From positions 172,174,001 through 172,238,000 of the forward strand of contig CM069131.1 in the NCBI GenBank assembly GCA_035221665.1: 64,000 bases of DNA, given 5' to 3'. This DNA is from Okamejei kenojei. Lineage: Eukaryota. The position numbers were made by a program, and so were the translations under genes. The notes beneath the pieces were generated by a model. The model had not been told where the DNA came from. It worked only from the letters and a program-made list of their open reading frames with translations, and made no database searches. Below are positions 1 to 12,207 of this stretch, piece after piece (the stretch's first letter is position 1; each line of letters opens with the position of its first letter).

Positions 1-2395
1 TGAGTACAGCAGGGGGCTGAGCACGCATTAAGGTGCTCCCGTGCTGATTGTTATCGAGGCTGACACATTTCCACCAATACGAACAGACTGTGGTCTGTGA
101 ATGAGGAGGTCGAAGATCCAATTGCAGAGGGATGCGCAGAGACCCAGTTCTGCGAGTTTGGTAACCAGCTTGGAGGGGATGATTGTGTTAAATGCCGAGC
201 TGTAGTCAATGAATACCTGACATATGAGTTTTTGTTGTCCAAGTGGTCCAGAGCGGAGTGGAGGGCCAGTGAGATCGCATCCACCGTTGATCTGTTGTGG
301 CAGTAAGCGAACTGCAGTGGGTCCAGGTTTTTGTCGAGGTAAGAGTTGATTTGCGCCATGATCAATCTCTCGAAGCACTTCATCACCACAGGCGTTAGTG
401 CCACAGGTCGATAGTCATTGAGGCACGTCACCTTGCTCTTCTTGGGCACCGGTATTATTGATGCCCTTTTGAAGCAGGTGGGAACCTCAGACCTCAGAAG
501 TGACAGGTTGAAAATGTCCGTAAAAACTCCAGCCAGTTTTTGGGTCCGCACAGGTTTTTAGAACACGACCAGGTATGCCATTAGGTCCAGACGCTTTTCG
601 AGGGTTCACCCCTCTGAAGGATTTCCTAACATCGGCCTCTGTGACTGAGACTGAAATACCATCACAGCGAATGAGGGCTCGGGAAGGCACATCGGTGTTC
701 TCCCTATCAAAGCATGCATAAAATGCATTGAGCTCATCAGGGAGTGATGTATCGCCGACATCCGAGCTGCCTCCTGGTTTCGCCTTGTAGGAGGTGATTG
801 CATTCCGTCCCCGCCACAGCTGCCGACCATCTGTCTCAACCTCCAGTTTGGAGCAGAACTCCCTTTTGGCCTTTTTGATGGCCTTACCAAGGTCGTATCT
901 GGACTTCGTGTAGACCACTGTATCATCAGACATGAATGCCCTGTGTCTGGTCTTCAGAAGAGTGCGGATCTCACAGTTTATCCAAGGTTTCTGATTGGGA
1001 AACACTCGGAAGGTTTTTGTAGGGATGCAGTCCTCCACACATTTCTTAATGAAGTCTGTAACGACTGTGGCGTATTCATTCAAATCCGTTGCTGAGTCCT
1101 TGAACATTGCCCAGTCTACAGACTCCAAACAGTCCTATAGTTGTTCCTCTGCCCACCCCCACCCACGACCAGCTCTCTACTGTCCTCACCTCTGGGGGTG
1201 CGCTCTTTAATTGCTGCCTGTAGGCAGGAAGAAGCAGCACTGCGGTATGGTCGGATTTACCGAAGTGAGGGCGAGGGATAGAACGATGGGCATTCTTGAT
1301 GGTGGTGTAGCAGTGGTCGAGGGTGTTTGGTCCTCTGGTGCAGCAGGAGACATGTTGGTGGAAGTTGGGGAGTGATTTCTTTAGGTTTTCCTTATTCAAG
1401 TCCCCAGTAATGGTGGTAAATGCCTCGGGGTAAGACGTCTGGTGTTTGTTGACCACGGCGTGCAGCTCCTCCAGTGCCAGACGGACGTCTGCCTGCGGTG
1501 GGGTGTAGACCGCGGTCAGGATGATGGAGGTGAATTCCCTCGGAAGGTAGAAGGGACGGCACTTCACTGCCAGATGTTCGAGATGTGGAGAGCAGGAGTT
1601 GGACAGGACTGCCACGTCTGAGCACCACGCAGAGTTGACTATGAAGCAGACGCCCCCTCCTCTCCCTTTCCCCGATGCCAGTGTACGGTCCATGCGGTGG
1701 ATGGAGAACCCTTCAGGCTGGACCCCTGAGTCTGGGGAGCTGGGGCTGAGCCATGTCTCTGTGAAACAGAACACAGCGCATTCCCTCAGCTCCCTTTGAT
1801 AAAGCAGTCTTGCCCTTGTCCTCCACTTTATTTTCAAGGGACTGTACATTGGCCAGTAGGATAGTAGGGAGAGGGGGCCGAAGTACCCTGCGCTTCAGTC
1901 TGACCTGAAGTCCTGCCCGCCGGCCACGTTTCCGGACACAATAGAGGCTTCCCCTTTGTTTCCAGGTACTGGGTTGACTGTATCTGCTGTTTCTGCGGAC
2001 CAGAGCTGCAACGGGAATTCCCTCACGGACGGCAGCTCCAGCTCCGTAACGAAAGGGGGTTCCCTCAGAGTCAGCAGCTCTAGCTTCATTTTTTCTGGGA
2101 TATCCAGCCTGTCGGCCCTGGAGGTCATCCTGGGGTTTCCAGGTGCCGTACCTGGGATCCTCAGTCGGGTCGGGAGTTTCTCAGCCAGCGTGGGAAAGTT
2201 TAAAGTCCGGGGCTCCCCGCAGCTGCGGGAGATCGCGAAATTTCCAACGCTTGCAGCTGCCCAAGCAGCCTGTCTGAAACGGCACCGATTACTGCCGTTT
2301 CCCTGATGCAGGTGAGTTGAGAGAAGTTGTAGGTAATTCTTTTCTGTTCTGGTGCTCTGCAAAGGTCGCCGCAGGCAGGCGCCATCTTGATATAC
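1..2395 (-). mobile_element. Rex1/Babar-clade LINE, 5' part (APE endonuclease plus N-terminal RT), frameshifted; continues left of the window
   Basis: Overlapping minus-strand ORFs give APE motifs (CFTETWL, GDLN, TRGPNTLDHCY, SDH) and RT motifs ([53 protein letters not shown]) typical of Rex1. 5' end is near CAAGATGGCGCC at 2389-2378. Confidence 0.93.
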
Positions 2396-2419
2396 GTAGC
2401 TCACAGTTTTACGGAATAG

Positions 2420-3010
2420 TTGGTGAATGGCCTGATGTCATCTTTCCACATCCTTAATGACCTAGAGCATGAGTGGCTAAGAACGAGCATTCAACTGATT
2501 TCAGCCAGAACTGTTGAGTGGGATGACCCATCTTCCTCTTCAAATCCCCCACCATCACAGAAGCCAGTATTTTAGTTCAATGGTTCAATTAATGATACTT
2601 TATTGTCACATGTACCTAGGTGCAGAGAAATTATTTTGCATACAGTTCAATAACAATTATTAAAAATGAATTTCACTATGCATTATTCCACGTGTTGGAA
2701 AGAAATAGCTGAGAGAATTGTGCAGAACATGACAGGGCAGCACATTTGACATTCCAGAATTAACAGTACCTTAAGCCAAGTGGTTCTAGCACTGTTATTA
2801 CATTGTCATCAACAACCAGCAGATGTGGTACAAAGGCATGTCACATCCAGTCCACATAATTACCGTCTCTTCTTTGTTAACAATAAGGTGTTGGAAAGTG
2901 TCATCAAGCAGCACTTAATCACCAATACTCATTGTGTTTTTCCAGGGTAACTTGAATCTTGATCTCATTAGACTCATGGACCAAACATGGGTCATAAACC
3001 TGATCTTCAG
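2420..3010. mobile_element. Old LINE RT relic (+) with a Rex1-type 3' tail fragment (-) at ~2575-2650
   Basis: Degenerate similarity to the LINE at 32860-34900. TTTATTGTCACATGTACC is the reverse complement of the tail motif at 5416-5430. Confidence 0.5.
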
Positions 3011-3808
3011 AAGTGCGTGAGAGTAACATTTGACTGATTGAGACATCAACAAACATTGCTAAAACAGAAAAAGTAGTTGGAGTCATTCCTTTCACAAAAC
3101 AGGGATGTTTCTGTTTGTTAGAGATGCTCAATTAATTAGTTTCCGTCTGACATATGATCAGAAGTGAGTTATGTTTGTCGACAATCTCACAATGTTCACT
3201 TTTAATCATAGCTCCTCTGCAAAACCCATTGTGCTTGCATACAGGACCAAACTGAAATGGATCTCCTGAATAAGAGTTAATTGTCAGCAATGTATTTGTC
3301 TCTTATGGGTTTTGAGGAGTAGAAGCTTCCAGTGTATGTGTGGGGAAATATGTTTGACAATCATGTGATGAGCTAATTGAGGATCTGGGATGGTAGAAAT
3401 TACTTTCACTGCTAAAGTATTTTGTGAACTAGGGTTTTGTTTTCAAGGTTACAACTTTGACAGCATCATTAGATGCAAGTGTCATTTTATTGTTTATTTT
3501 CCTACTTTGGTTGGAGCTATATGGGCATGCCTTAATAAAACCAATTCCAAGCAAATGTGTTTAGATTGACATTTTCCAATATTGTGCTTGCATCACTAAT
3601 TGATGAGCAGTTATTTATTAATGAGGAATGAGTACGTTCCACTCGGTCATTTGATCAAGAAGAGCACCAAATTAAATGTTGCCAGTATTTAGTAACATTT
3701 TAGTGAAGTGTCAACAATATTTTATTTTTATTGCTTTTCATTTAATTTTACTATGAATGCATTTGGCAACAAAACTTTTATATTCTTGTTGCATTTGTAA
3801 TTTGACAG

Positions 3809-3984
3809 GTAATTGAATGTACTGAAGGTTATATTGGTTCGTGAAAGCTGCAGCTGCCATGGAGGCCTATGAATAAGAACAGGGATGCAGTGCGACAACC
3901 AGGGAGTGCATGGGGAATATTGACACGGGGAATAAAAAGCCTCCAATGCTTGCCAGTGTGAGCAGTGGAAAAGAAACAACTACC
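3809..3984 (+). other. FAM53A: Probable 5'UTR part of the first coding exon of FAM53A
   Basis: A pyrimidine-rich acceptor ...tttgacag ends at 3808, and sequence runs uninterrupted to the conserved ATG at 3985. The acceptor choice is inferred. Confidence 0.6.
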
Positions 3985-4062
3985 ATGGTAACACTAATCA
4001 CAGAAAAGTTGCAGAACCAAAGCCTGCAGGATATGACGTGCCAAGCCTACGGCATTAATCTG
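3985..4062 (+). CDS. FAM53A: FAM53A first coding exon (MVTLITEKLQNQSLQDMTCQAYGINL)
   Basis: accATGg Kozak context. Matches the recalled FAM53A N-terminus MVTLITEKLQSQSL. Donor CTG|gtaaga, phase 0. Confidence 0.93.
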
Positions 4063-4679
4063 GTAAGAGTTTCACAAACTTCCTCGGATAACTCTAGCTG
4101 TGATTCGTGCAATTTAACATATCCTTTGTGCTAATTCTGGTTGCTCTCTTCTTTCATGAGGGAGAGAGCTTGCTAAGTGACTTTGAATTATCAACTGTGT
4201 TGTATTAGTGCTTCCATTGCTGAGTTTCACATCTCCCTTGAATAAGAGTCCAGATGGTCTGTTTGCTTTTATCATATTTCCATTTTGGAAGGGCAGACAA
4301 TTGCTCTGGAATGTTCCATCTAATAGTGTGACTAGTTGGGGATCAGAACTTTTGTCATTTGAGGTTTAGATTTTCATGTGGAGATATTTTATGAATGGTA
4401 ACTTTCCAGTTTACACAGGTTGGCAATGAAGCCTTAAGAGCTTAATGAATATGAAATGTTAATTGAAAAATGAAATAGATGCACAATCTTGATCTGGATA
4501 AGATGGGCGGCTATTTTCTTATTCTTTTTGATAAAGAATTAAGGACAGATTTTAAGTATGGGGCAGGAAAAGTGGTGTGGGATTAGAATATGAGTACTTT
4601 TAAAATAACAGGTGGCAGGAATGAAGCAGGAAAAGGGTAGATCCACTTGGGCTCCTGTGACATGACTCTAAGTAGATCA

Positions 4680-5460
4680 CCGGTTGCCGTTGTCAGCAAT
4701 GGCGGCCTCGCCTACAGTGTCTTTTTGCTTTTTTTTGGCATTTTTAGTGTGTTTTATAATTAAAATGTATGTGTTTCTGTTCTCTGGGTTTGTTTTATGT
4801 GGGGAGGGTGGCTGGGGTCAGGGGAAACTTTTTTTAATCTTTTGCCTTGCCGGAGATGCAATATTTTTACGGATCATATCTCTGGTCGCTCTGCGGCCTA
4901 ACATCATGGAGCTGGCGGCCTTGCTCAAGACTGACTTTGAGCCCCATCATGGGGCCGTGGACTTGCCATCGGAACCTGCGATCGCTTGCCTGGGATTGAC
5001 GCTCCAACCACGGCCTACGTATTTCAACATCGAGGAGCTCGCAGTCTCGGGTAGGAACTTATGTCGGGAAGCTCCAAGCCACAGGAAGTGCGACGAGCCC
5101 AGACTTGGGTATCCAATCGCCCGGCGCGGGGAACTGAGATCCCCCCCCCCCCGATGCGAGAGCTTGATCGCCCCGATGCGAAGGGCTCGACCGCCGGTTG
5201 CGGGAGTCAAGATTCCCCGACAACGGAAGATACGAGTACCCCGACCGCGGGAGAACAAAGAAGGGAAGAAGACTATACTTTTTTTGCCTTCCATCCAGTG
5301 AGGTATGTGGGGGAGTCGCTGTGGTGGATGTTCACGTTAAAAAACATATTTGGGTGTCTTGTTGCTCTTTATTGGTATGACTGTATGGCAATCTAAATTT
5401 CATTGTACCTTAATTGGTACATGTGACAATATACAAAACCTTGAAACCTTGAACCTTGAA
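4680..5460 (+). mobile_element. Unclassified GC/CpG-rich non-autonomous retroelement with Rex1-like 3' tail
   Basis: Abrupt CpG-rich block. It ends in TTTCATTGTACC-TTAATT-GGTACATGTGACAATA plus (CTTGAAAC)n-like repeats, resembling the Rex1 tails elsewhere in the window. Confidence 0.65.
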
Positions 5461-5995
5461 TCAAGCAGCCATTTTAATCTGCTCTGCTCCGCTGTTCAAT
5501 AACACATGGTTGATCTTGTTCTTCACAAGTTTCCTACCTGATCCTCGCATCCCTTGTACCCACGGTCATCAGTTTTAATAGCTAAGCACATAAAGCCTTC
5601 TGGGGTAAAGCATCCAAAGATTTCACCGTTTTGCATAAATAAATTTCTCCTTGTCGCGATCTTTAACGCCCAACTTCTTCTCCCAAAGCTTTCGTCTTGA
5701 GTCTTAGATTCACAACCAGTGGTAAAATCTTAATATTTGTGTTTTGACCACAATATTTTGGAATATTGGATCTTTCAAAATTCCATCATTTGCCTCCTGT
5801 GATTTTGCATGCTCTCTCTATGATCCAGGTAATATGCGTGGCTTTGCAGGTTAATTGACCATTGTAAAAGTTGGATGGTTGCATATGGGGGAGTTGATGG
5901 GAATGAAAGGAAGATGTGGTTAATTAAGTGGGTACCAGTGGTCAGTGTGCACTTGGGAGGGCTGAAGGGCCTGTCTCCATGCTGTATGAATCTGA
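5460..5995. mobile_element. Degraded CR1 3' end (-) and partial HE1 SINE (+)
   Basis: Degenerate similarity to the CR1 tail and to the HE1 3' half (GGGCTGAAGGGCCTGTCTCCATGCTGTATG). Confidence 0.55.
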
Positions 5996-7239
5996 CTTTA
6001 AAATCCTGACTTTTGAACAATTGGCTTTGTCATGCCATGTAGTGTTTTGCAGCTTTCAAAGATTCTTAATTTGTTGTTAGGTTCTGTGCTTTATAAGCTT
6101 TTTACCTATTAGCAAAAATAATTTCATTCCACATGAACTAGGCAGTCTGTGCACTGCTCCTGTCAGTACCATTAAGTAAGAATTTGCTCCACTTTTTCTC
6201 CTACCTGACAGAAATGCATATCCTTTGCTTAAACTGACTAAACTTGCCAGTCACAGAATTCGAGGCAAGACGTGAACCTGTAGCCATGCTGTGCCAGTTG
6301 ATGCTTGTAAATGTTGTTTTTATGGGAGATTGTATCTTTTAATCAGAAATGTTTATCAGAGCGCTATCCTGAAAACTGGGAGTGGTAGGTTATTGACATT
6401 CTTATTTACTAGATATACTGATAACTTTTAAAGAAGGTCAAAAATGTACCTTTGTTTTATTGCCTTTGAAAGGGTAGTATCCATGTCGAGATAATCATTT
6501 AATTAAAAAAAGGGAAGGTCTATTGATCGTCGAGTTAACATTTGACATCTTCACATGGGTAGTGCGCAGGTAATCCACGAAAGGTTAAATATTCACAGAT
6601 ATTTGATCACATTTCTTTAACTAAATTATTGACTTGAATTTAATGGTTTGCAGTGAATGAGTGGCACTTGTTGCTCATCGTATTTACAGCTGCCCACAGA
6701 CTTCTGTCAGGTTTTGAGTTAATAACTAGATTAGGGCCCTAACCAGAAGTGAGGCAAAATAAATAACTTAAAGTAAAGTCACAGAAAGCAAGAAAAAATA
6801 GTTTGAAAGAGATGTGTAAGAGCCAAAGATAAAAGTAATTGAAGATTGATTCTAGATTTAAAGATCCAGCAGTAATTAAATATACAAAAGAATAAACTAT
6901 GCACTGGAAAAGTTATTTTTCATTGCTAGAAGTCAATTTTAGTTGTAAACAAGACTTGCCATCTGATTATTTTTAATTTGTGAATGGACTAGGCATTTTC
7001 TTTACCATTTAAGGATATCTAATGAGTAATGCACTTCATGTACTTTAATGAAAAAAATCTAATTCTTAATTTCTGTTTAACTGTGCATGTGCTGAACACT
7101 TTATTCCACAATAACAGGATGTAGAGGCCACTGATCATGTTCGTACCGCAATCTTGTTAAATTGATAAACACAAAATATCTTGAGGAATATGAAAGCATA
7201 TTTATCGCTTTATTGTATTATATTAAGTTGAACAAGTAC

Positions 7240-8937
7240 TTTGGATCTGTCTTCATTAGGGAAGACACAATCTCCCAGATGTACTAGTGGCCAGAGGACC
7301 TAGGGTGGCGGAGGAACTGAAGGAAATTCACTTTAGGCAGGAAATGGTGTTGGTAGACTAATGGAACTGAATGCTGATAAATCCCCAGGGACTGATGGTC
7401 TGCATCCAAAGGTACTCAAGGAAGTGGCTCTAGAAATGGTGGATGCATTGGTGATCATTTTCCAATGTTCTGTAGAATGAGGATCAGTTCCTGTGGATTG
7501 GAAGGCTAATATCCCACTTTTTAAGAAAGGCGGGAGAGAAAAAACAGGGAATTATAGACCAGTTAGCCTGACATCGGTGGTGGGGAAGATGCTGGAGTCA
7601 ATTATAAAAGGTGAAATACTGGCATATTTGGATAGCAGTAGCAGGATCGATCGATCTGATTCAGCATGGATTTACGAAGAGAAAATCATGCTTGACTAAT
7701 CTTCTGGAATTTGAGGATGTAATTAGGAAAATGGACAAGGGAGAGTCAGTGGATGTAATGTACCTGGACTTTCAGAAAGCCGTTGATAAGGTCCCACAAA
7801 GGAGATTAGTGTGCAAAATTAGAGCATGTGGTATTGGGGGTACGGTACTGACATGGATAGAAAATTGGTTGGCAGACAGGAAACGGAGTAGGGATTAATG
7901 GGTCCCTTTCAGAATGGCAGGCAGTGACTAATGGGGTAGCGCAAGGCTCGGTTCTGGGACTGCAGCTATTTACAATATACATTAATGATTTAGATGAAGG
8001 GATTACAAGTAACATTAGCAAATTTGCAGATGACACAGAGCTGGGTGGCAGTGTGAACTAAGGAGGAAGCAATGAGGATGCAGGGTGACTTGGACAGGTT
8101 GGGTGAGTGTGCAGATGCATGGCAGATGCAGTTTAATGTGGATAAATGTGAAGTTAACCACTTTGGTGGCAAAAACAGGAAGGCAGATTATCTGAATGGT
8201 GTAAAGTTGGGAAAAGGGGAAGTACAATGAGATCTGGGGGTCCTTGTTCATCAGTCACTGAAAGTAAGCATGCAGGTAAAGCAGGCAATGAAGAAAGCTA
8301 ATGGCATGTTGGCCTTCATAACAAGAGCAGTTGAGTATAGGAGCAAAAAGGTCCTTCTGCAGTTGTACAGAGCCCTAGTGAGACCACACCTGGAGTATTG
8401 TGTGCAGTTTTGGTCTCCAAATTAGAGGAAGGACATTCTTGATATTGAGGGAGTGCAGCATATGTTCACAAGGTTAATTCCCGAGATGGCGGGACTGTCA
8501 TATGTTGTTAGCATAGGCTTGCATACATTGGAATTTAGAAGGATGAGAGGGAATCTTATTGAAACATATAAGATTATTAAGGTATTGGACACGCTAGAGG
8601 CAGGAAACATGTTCGCGATGTTGGGAGAGTCCAGAACCAGGGGCTACAGTTTAAGAATAAGGGGTTGGCCATTTAGAACGGAGATGAGGTAAAACCTTTT
8701 CCCCCAGAGAGTTGTGAATCTCTGGAATTCTCTGCCTTAAGGCAGTGGAGGCCAATTCTCTGGATGTTTTCAAGATAGTTAGATAGAGCTCTTAAAGATA
8801 GCGGAGTCAAGGGGTATGGGGAGAAGGCAGGAAATGGGTACCGATTGTGGATGATTAGCCATGATCTCAGTGAATGGCGGTGCTGGCTAGAAGGGCCAAA
8901 TGGCCTACTCCTGCACCTATTGTCTGTTGTCTATTGC
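7240..8937 (+). mobile_element. CR1 LINE, 5'-truncated, RT region to 3' tail, frameshifted
   Basis: Fragments KTGNYRPVSLTSVVGKMLE, QHGFTKRKSCLTNLLEF, DVMYLDFQKA, KFADDT, LVRPHLEYCVQFWSP. 3' UTR GGCCTACTCCTGCACCT plus short-repeat tail. Confidence 0.93.
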
Positions 8938-9201
8938 ATATTATGGAAGGCTCTGTTCTCTACCAAACAATTCCAAGGCTGATCTTTGGTGTTCCTGCTA
9001 TTTAGGGCCAACCCTACTACTATATTTTCATTGCTTATGGAAAAAATAACTGGTTTTATATTTAAATTATATTTTTAGTATCACAATACTTTTGAATTGT
9101 GTTGGCTTTTATGCAGCAAACATTGCAACTGTTTAGCCTGTACTATTTTCACTGTGATTTCCCCCCCCCCCCTAAAATAATGTCTATATATATCTACACA
9201 A

Positions 9202-9503
9202 GGGCACTTGGTGGCTCAGCGGTAGAGTTGCTGCCTTAGTGCCAAAGACCTGGATTCGATCATGGCTACGGGTACTTGTCTGTATGGAGTTTGTATGTTC
9301 TCCCTATGTCCTGCGTCTAGGTCCTTTGGTTTCTTCCCACACTCCAAAGACGTACAGGTTTGTAGGCTAATAGGCTTGGTATAGTTGTAAATTGTCCCTA
9401 GTGTGTGTAGGATAGTGTGCAGCGATTGCTAGTCGGCACGGACGTGATAGGCCAACGGGCAAATTTTCTGAATGCTCCATTGCTGCTATCTCCAAACCAA
9501 ACA
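9202..9503 (+). mobile_element. tRNA-derived HE1-like V-SINE
   Basis: A-box TGGCTCAGCGG (9212-9222), B-box-like GGATTCGATC (~9252), V-domain CTGTATGGAGTTTGTATGTTCTCCC. Confidence 0.85.
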
Positions 9504-10149
9504 TATTTACGGTGTTGGGATAAAAATTCAATTCTCAGTCCTTAAGCTAACGTGATGGTGTTTGCGGGCTATTTTATTTTACTAGCTAATTGTATTGTGC
9601 TGTGTGGAAAAGATGTGGTTTTATTATGAACCAAACTATCAAGTGGAACATACAAGGTTTGTCTGTGGGCTATCTGTTTATCAATTTTGAGTGTATGTGT
9701 GCAGAATTGCCTCCTCGGCTTGAACTGCAGTGGCTTTTGAACCTACAGCCTTTTGATTTAACATGTTCCATGTGCGTATAGATTTTTTTGGTGGTACATG
9801 TAGATTGAACAAGGACTAATTTGTCATTAATCTTGAGGGAAGCTGCTTTGACCATGCCTAATCTGGAGGAATGACTGCATAATGAGCATAGGATTGTAAA
9901 TGTCAAAAGATCAGATTAATATATCGTTATCTGTTTGCTCTTGGGAGTAAAGGCGTTACAGGGCAGAATATTGTATTGTTCACGCAGCAATGAATATTGG
10001 TGGAATATGGGATTTGCCTATGGGATTGGGTCTTGTTGATATTGAAAAAGAGTACATCATACTGTACAGAGGAACATTACAACACTATCTTGTTGTCTGT
10101 TGTAATTTGGAATCCCAGTGTCTAATTATTACACGGCAAGACCCCATAG

Positions 10150-10495
10150 GTGTCCCCCTCCCCACCCTTCTCATCTAACCAACCTTCTTCCGTCTCCCCC
10201 ACTGAATTTTTACCCTTTTGCCTTCTCCACCTATCACCTCCAGTCTTGGTATCTCCACATTTATCTCCCCCATCTGACTTGCCTGACTTCTCTCTCCCAG
10301 CTGTATCACCCCCTCCCAATCTGTATTCGCCTATCACTTGCCAACTCTTGACCCACCCTGCCCCCCCGCCACTTTCTACAAGCTATCTCTCCTTTAATAG
10401 ATCAGTCTGAAAGGTCCTGACCCGAAACATCATCTATTTTCCTCCACAGATGCTGACTGACCAGCTGAGCTCATCTTGCCTCTTGTTTCTTTTGC
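10150..10495 (+). mobile_element. Penelope-like element 3'/pLTR relic with degenerate hammerhead core
   Basis: A C/T-rich tract precedes CAGTCTGAAAGGTCCTGACCCGAAACATC and the GATGCTG...CTGAG tail shared with 27765-27861. Confidence 0.65.
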
Positions 10496-11859
10496 TCACA
10501 AAGTATTGACCAGATAATCTGTATGATCTCCTCAATGTACTGTCCAGAATGTCAAAGATGTTTAATGCTATGAATATCACCTGGTTTGGCTTCAAATTGC
10601 GAATCATACTGACTTGTAAGCATGGTTTGTTCATGGTTGTATATTAGTATCCTGGCACCTCTTTGTAACACCTTCATGGGGATACTGTCCATACTTAGAG
10701 TAGTTGAAGATATCAGTGTAACTTAATCTCATTGGTGATTAAAAAAAACAATGTACTTTTATTTTGTCTGTTTACCGTTAGTTTGCTGATACTCTACCCT
10801 TGCTAAGATCTATCCTCAGTCTTGTGCCCTTATCTTGGGCAGTAATCTTTATATTCCACTTATCAATTGACCTTTTGAATTGCATATTTCCACTATTGAT
10901 TCCCTTCTATTTGCCCCGGCCATTCCACTTTCTGAATTTGTCAAACTTGATTTCCTTTCCATACTCTAATCACTTAGAGTTGGTATGCATTTTAATTTTC
11001 TGAATGCTCCACTGCTACTATATATTAATAATGGATTCCAGTAATTAAATACGTCTGGTTCTCTAGCCTAGATTATCGCCCTCCCTCCTTATCGAATAAG
11101 GCTTTTATTTTTGTAGTTTCACTGGGATATTTTCAAAATGTTGGGAAGTTTGAAAGGTCACGACCAATACCGAGTAAGTCTGCAGTTACTTTGAAACTTT
11201 TCAATGGAGCAAATCAGATTCATCCTTTGTCAAATTAATTTTTTTCTTGAGTAAATTGATTTAAGCTCCAGTTGGTCTTTATACCCTGATTTTCTGCAAT
11301 TGATGGGATGCCTTTAGATCAATACAAATTATTTCCTCATAGTTTCTGCTAATTCTCTACACCCCATTATTAATTTTAAAGTCTCAATCTTTATACGATT
11401 AATGTTTGGCTTCCCACTTCGTTACTAGTCGTTAAATTTCTTCCTCCTTTATCTCCTAGTAGCTTTCGCTCATCTATTACTCCCTATGTGGCAACCTTTG
11501 CAGCTGCAGAACCTTTCCCACTCTCCTGCCTGCTACTCGTCTTTACTTCATGTGGCAGTCACAGATGCTTCATCCTTCTGGGGGAGACCTTATTCATAGG
11601 ATATATTGTTGATAAGAACAATGAAATATCTCAAATGCAGGCACGGATTAACTCTGTCTCACTTTTTAGTCTATTGGCCAATTTATCCAACTCTGACTTT
11701 TTTAATTGCCCATGTTTAAGTAAGACGAATATCAGCCTCAAGCTGAATGTGAAATTTGTGTTATGATCAGTCTTCCCCATAGGATCCTTTACCATAAGAT
11801 CATTAAACCCATCTTTTTTACGAGTCACCAGATAAGTAAATAAGTTAATCAGTTCTCGG

Positions 11860-12060
11860 AACAGAATTGGGTCATTTGGCCAGTCAACTCTACTCCGCCG
11901 ATCTATCTTTTCCTCAGATCTAAATTTGCAGAGAATTCCACAGACTCACAACTCTCTGTGTGAAAAAGTTTTTCCTCATCTCCGTTCTAAATGGCTTACC
12001 CCCTATTCTTAAACTCTGGCCCCTCTTTCTAATAGGCAAAGATATCAGAGGGTGTGGGGA
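11860..12060 (-). mobile_element. CR1 3' fragment
   Basis: AGAGAATTCCACAGACTCACAACTCTCTGTGTGAAAAAG matches CR1 copies at 44200 and 8700 (reverse complement). Confidence 0.75.
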
Positions 12061-12100
12061 GGGAAAAGAGTTGTTCTGTGAAGTTATATCACAGGTCAAT

Positions 12101-12207
12101 CACAATTTAAAAAGCTGAATGCCCATTTTCTCTAGGCACAGTAATAAAAACATGTTTTTGGCATTTACAAGCTAAATGAGAATAGGCATTCAGCTTTTTA
12201 AATTGTG
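12101..12207. repeat. 30-bp imperfect inverted repeat around a central palindrome
   Basis: 12101-12130 is the reverse complement of 12178-12207 with 2 mismatches. AAAAACATGTTTTT lies in the spacer. Confidence 0.85.

Noticed and set aside
1895-2404. 169-aa ORF as a separate gene or ORF1
   Set aside because: Best read as the frameshifted N-terminal region of the Rex1 element.
4680-4720. HDV-like ribozyme at the start of the GC-rich element
   Set aside because: Only a simple hairpin can be formed, with no P2/P3 pseudoknot or J4/2 motif.
4684-5396. 205-, 115- and 111-aa overlapping ORFs
   Set aside because: They lie in a GC-rich repeat where stops are rare. The longest has a non-ATG start, and none shows a domain.
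9202-9275. tRNA gene
   Set aside because: The A/B boxes belong to a SINE head followed by the V-domain, and there is no full cloverleaf.
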